Below are positions 59,375-64,000 of a DNA stretch of 64,000 bases, piece by piece. The notes below the pieces were generated by a model, which saw only the letters and a program-made list of their open reading frames with translations, searched no databases and was not told the DNA's origin. How positions within the stretch are numbered: position 1 is the stretch's first letter; each line of letters begins with the position of its first letter. The position numbers and the translations under genes were made by a program. This stretch comes from the human T2T-CHM13v2.0 reference genome, Homo sapiens. The stretch lies in assembly GCF_009914755.1 (NCBI RefSeq), contig NC_060928.1; one strand, written 5' to 3'.

Positions 59375-62300
59375 AAAAACTAGCAATAATTTCAGATTTA
59401 TAAAAATTTCAAACATAAAATTAATACAGAGAACATGTGTATGCCTTTCACCAAGGTTCAAATATTAACATTTTATTCCATTTGCATTGTAATTTGCCCA
59501 TGTTCTCTTTCTGTGAATTTTTTTTCTCTGAACTATTCAAGTGTAACACATCATGGCCCTTTACCTGGGACTTCCTCGGTGTACATTACATTACCTAGGA
59601 ACAGGGATCGGCTTCATCAATTTCTATTGATAGACTACATTTAATTTCTTATCTATATTCGTTTTATTCTATTTGACTTAATAATGTCCTTTATACCATT
59701 TCCCCCCTTCAGAACCGGGTCCAGTTGGGGTCAAGAATTACATTTAGTTGCCATGTCTCTATAACTTCCTTTAATCTAGAGCATATCCACATATTTCTTT
59801 ATCTTGCATTATTTGATTTTTTTAAATCCCTCCATTTTAACAGACTTGTCCTCATTTTGAGTCTGTTGGTTAGTCTAATTATTATAATTACACTGAAATG
59901 ATGTATTCCTGGTCCAAATATGAAATATTTAGCATTACACTCTTCACAGTGTAGCACATCTGGAGGCCCATCACTGCCATGCGCTCTTTCATTGGTGATG
60001 TTAATTTCATCACCTGGTCAAAGTGTTGCCAAATTTCTCCATTGTATAATTACTATTTGCTTTTTCTCCCTTCCACCTAATTTCAGATTGAGGGGAGATT
60101 CTTTAAGGCAATGCAAATACCCTGTTCTTCATGAAACCGCTCCCTAGATTTAGCACCCATCCAGAAGCCTTGCCTAACGCACTCTTGCCCTGGTGGTTGC
60201 CAAAGGATGATCGTTCACCCAGCACCTCTTTCGCTTCTTGAAGTCACCCTTAACCATTCTACTGCAACAAACAGCCCCCCTCTTAACCCCATTTATTTAT
60301 TCATTATTAATGTGGACTCAGTCTATTTTTTAATGGTGTATCATTCAGATGCACTCATTGGAACGCTGTGGTGGGAAGCTACTCAAGCTGGCTCCCGCAA
60401 TAGACCCCGTCATTTTTTAAGCACTTCTTTACTTTTTGGCAGAACTAGAGACTTGGCTCATCTTGTATTGTCTTGTCCCAGCCCTGTAACGAGCCATTTT
60501 CCTGAGGAACTCTGGTTTCCAGATCTTGGCATTCGGTATGTCCGTTGTTACTGGAGTGCATTTGCATCATGGTCCTTTCAGAGACTAGACCTAGGAAATA
60601 CATGCACACACACACGTACGTATGTATGTCCACACACACATAAACAGTCATGAATATACACATACACATATGTATTTTAGGAATCATGAGCTCACAGCAA
60701 TACTTCCAATTCCAATCCTACCAGCAGGGTTTTCTTCACTCTCCTCCATTCCGTACTTAGATGCCCTTTCTTCAACATGGGCAGCCTGAGCTCCCCACCA
60801 CCTCAACACATTGATCTATGGTTCAATCCTGGAATACATCTCAAAAGGTTTAGTATTGCTCCACCAGGACCTCTACATTAACCTACCTCAAAATAACTTA
60901 TTTTCAACTGCTTTTGCTGTACTCCAACTTTTCTTTACAACTGAGTATAATAAACTATTGTATTTATAAGTTAATAGGATTAGTTTTCTCTAAGCTATGT
61001 GGCCCTGTATGTCTCTTTGTCTTTCTCCTTCAGGGTGCTTGTGATAGTCGTTTGAAATAAAGTTAAGTTCATTTTTAAAAGTTTACTTATATTTTAGAGT
61101 TTTCTTTTGTTCCTTTCTCATTCTGATTGATTTAAATATATTTTAAATATATGTAGTATTAACATGCTATCTGCTGTGGTGTGAATATGGTTTGTCCTCA
61201 CCAAAACTCATGTTGAAATGTGATCCGTGATATGGCAGTGTTTCAAGGTAGGGCCTAGATTAATGCCCTCCCACTGGGGTGAATGAGCTCTCCTAAGAAC
61301 AGGGATTAGATCCCCCGAGAGAAGACTGTTAAAAAAAAAAAAAAGGCTGGTTTTCTTGGTTTCACTGTCCAGTTTCTTTTGTCACCATGCGATCTCTCTG
61401 TATGTACTGGCTCCCCTTCCACTTTCCAGCATAAGTGGAAGCAGCCCGAGATCCTCACCAGATGCAGTTGCCCCATCCAGGATTTTCCAGCCACCAGAAT
61501 CACGTGCCAAATAAGCCTTTCGTTGTTTATAGATTACCCAGTCTCAGGTATTCTGCTACAGCAAAGCGAAATAGACCAAGACACTATCCAAAGTCAAAAG
61601 GCACAAAAACTTAGAGAAGGCCCACCCCAACCCTGTCCTTTCCCATTCATACTCCTCTCCAACACTTTAAACAACATCATTGTTTTCTGATTTATCTGTT
61701 CCTTTTGGTAGCAATAAGCAGATATATGCATGTTTTTCTCTTTGTCACACAAAAGTTAGGATATTTTTTATGGCTTCCTTTTACGTTTTGATTTTTTTCA
61801 TCTGGTAATATCTCCTGCAAAGAAGTCACTGTCAATTCACAGAGCCCTTCCTCATCCTTTCTTACAGATGCACAGTGTTCCGTTGTATGCATGTGCTGAA
61901 GTAGATATAATAAATCTCCCATGGTTAGGTTTTCCGATAGTTTCCAATATATTTACAATTACAAATCATACTGCAATGACTAACATTGAGCATGTGCATT
62001 TGTATATTGTTGGAGGTTTACTTGTGGAATCAATTCTTAAATGTGTGATTTCTAAGTGGAAGGGTAAATGCATACATAATTCTGTTGTACAAATGCAAAT
62101 TTCCCTCCTCAGGTATTCCACTTTGCATTTCAAACAGCAATGTTGGGAGTGACTGTGTTTCCACATTCTCACCACAGAGTATATTGTTAAGCTTTTCAAT
62201 TTGTGTCAATCTGATCGGAGATGGGTAAAAAATGGTACCTGAGTATTATTTTAATTTTCATTTTTGTTATCATAAGTGAAGTGGGTGTATTTTTATATAC

Positions 62301-62940
62301 ATACAAAGGGTCTTTATATCTTTTTGAAAATTATATTTTTGTCCATTCTTATATAAAATTTCAAATTTTAAAATTTCTATAACATTTTTGCTAGTTTGCC
62401 TCCTAAATTTTAAAAAAGCTTTTGTAAAATTAAGTGAGAGGTATTAGCCTTTAATCTGTGATATATCTTGCAAATATCTTCCCCAGAGTATCATTTGTCT
62501 TTTGACATTACTTACGTTGTTTTAGCCATGTAACTTCTTATATTTATGAACATTAATTAATTAATCTTATATTTTATTGCAGCTGGATTATTATAGTTAG
62601 AAAGTCATTCGTTGTAGCTAGATTATAAAAATATTTTCACATGTTTTCTTGTAGGATTTTTGTGTCTAAACATCTAAATTTAGAACTCTCATCCACTTGG
62701 GTGTTTTATAGAGGGTGGTGATTGGATCTAAATTTACCCTTTCCAAATGGCTGTCTAGTTGTCCATCTCCATTTATTATGAAGATTACATTTTGTCCCTA
62801 TGACTGATAAATCACCATAATACACTGAATTTCTGATTGTAGTTGAATCTATTCGTGGAGGTTGTATTCTATTCCATTTAATTATCTTTTCATTGAGATG
62901 CCAGCATAACACGTTAGTAGTTATGGAGGCATTGTGGCAT
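59375..62940 (-). mobile_element. L1MC4/ME-like 3' UTR and ORF2 end, antisense, interrupted by an MST LTR
   Basis: aataatttcagatttataaaa...acagagaac, catttagttgccatgtctct, aatacttccaattccaatcc, aacagcaatgttgggagtg. Confidence 0.65.
61172..61583 (+). mobile_element. MSTB-like MaLR solo LTR, complete
   Basis: TG...CA termini; 5-bp TSD ctatc (61167-61171 and 61584-61588); aaaactcatgttgaaatgtgatcc, acccagtctcaggtattc. Confidence 0.9.
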
Positions 62941-62944
62941 TTAT

Positions 62945-63805
62945 AAATTGTGGTCAAAAACACAACACATAAAATTTATCATGTCAACTATTTTTTAAAT
63001 GTACAGTAGTGTTAACTATATGCACATCAATGTGCAACATATCTGTATAACTTTTCATCTTGCAAAATGGGAACTCTAGATCCATTGAACAACTCCCTGT
63101 GGCCTCCCTTTAGACCAAGCTTCTCCAACCTGTGCAGCCCAGGATGGCTATGAATGCAGCCCAACACAAATTCGTAAACTTTCTTAAAACATAATGAGAT
63201 TTAATATTTATGCATGGACCTTTTTTTTAAGCTTATCAGCTATCATTAGTGTTAGTGTATTTTATGTGTGGACTAAGACAATTCTTCTTCTTTCAATGTT
63301 GCCCAGGGAAACTAAAAGATTGGATACCCCTGCTTCAGATTCTGATGACCATCATTCTACCTTCTGTTTCTATGGGCTTGACTACTTTGGATACCTCAAA
63401 TAAGTGAAATGATGCATTTGTCTTTTGGTGACCGGCTTAATTTACCTAGCACAGTATCCTCAAGGCTCCTCCAAGTTGTCACATATGGCAAGATTTCCTT
63501 CCTTTAAAACTGAATAGTACTCCATGGTATGTACATGTTATAGTTTCTTTATTCATTCATCTCTTGAGGGGCATTTATGTTGCTTCTACTTTTTGACTAT
63601 TGCAATTATTGCTGCAATGGACGTGGATATGCAACAATCTCTTTGAGAACTTTCTTTCAATTCTTGTGGATATATACTCAAAACTGGGATTAATTTTTTT
63701 AATTGCCATGCTCATTTCCATAGAGTTGCATAATGTTATCTTCCTACCAAAAATACACAAGGGTTTCAGTTTCTCCACATTCTTTACCAACACTAGTTAT
63801 TTGCT
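62945..63805 (-). mobile_element. L1MB-like 3' end, interrupted by MER30
   Basis: aaattgtggtcaaaaacacaacataaaattt..., ggcaagatttccttc, tgaatagtactccat. Confidence 0.75.
63116..63332. mobile_element. MER30 hAT-Charlie element
   Basis: caagcttctccaacc...gcccaggatggctatgaatgcagcccaacacaaattcgtaaac...aaagattggatacccctg; 8-bp imperfect TSD ctttagac / cttcagat. Confidence 0.85.
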
Positions 63806-63819
63806 TAAAAATTATTCAT

Positions 63820-64000
63820 TGATTTTTATTGACACATAATAACTGTAGATTTATGGAGTACAAGTGACCTTTTGATACATGCATACAATGTGTAACAATT
63901 AAATCAGAGTATTTACAATATCCACCACTTTGAATATTTTGCTGGAAACATTTCAAATATCTCCCAGCTATTTTGAAATATACAGTAAACTAATGTTAAC
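63820..64000 (-). mobile_element. L1MA 3' end, runs off the window
   Basis: ttttattgacacataataactgta..tttatggagtaca..ttgatacatgcatacaatgtgtaa. Confidence 0.75.

Overview
AT-rich primate genomic DNA, probably human or ape given the AluY, AluS and AluJ elements. I found no recognisable protein-coding exon, RNA gene or CRISPR array; the window reads as intergenic or deep intronic. It is a mosaic of fossil transposons (about 10 Alus, many L1/L2/MIR fragments, MaLR LTRs, hAT MERs and two near-full-length Tigger1 elements) plus unusual tandem and inverted repeats. All long ORFs in the track come from repeats. The most notable observations are: (1) a CpG-rich 21-bp minisatellite that appears to have grown out of the 5' end of a Tigger1; (2) two Tigger1 copies about 29 kb apart that share many apparently non-consensus changes, one carrying a templated internal insertion; (3) an 83-bp-arm near-perfect AT-rich palindrome with nested hairpins inside an old L1; (4) a second AT-rich palindromic/duplicated tract; (5) a 1.7-kb strand-asymmetric CA/GGG complex repeat; (6) odd retrotransposition products, namely a three-arm Alu, a TSD-flanked AluY left monomer and two L1s with twin-priming geometry. 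I see no evidence of a new gene system. Family assignments rest on recalled consensus sequences, not on a database search.
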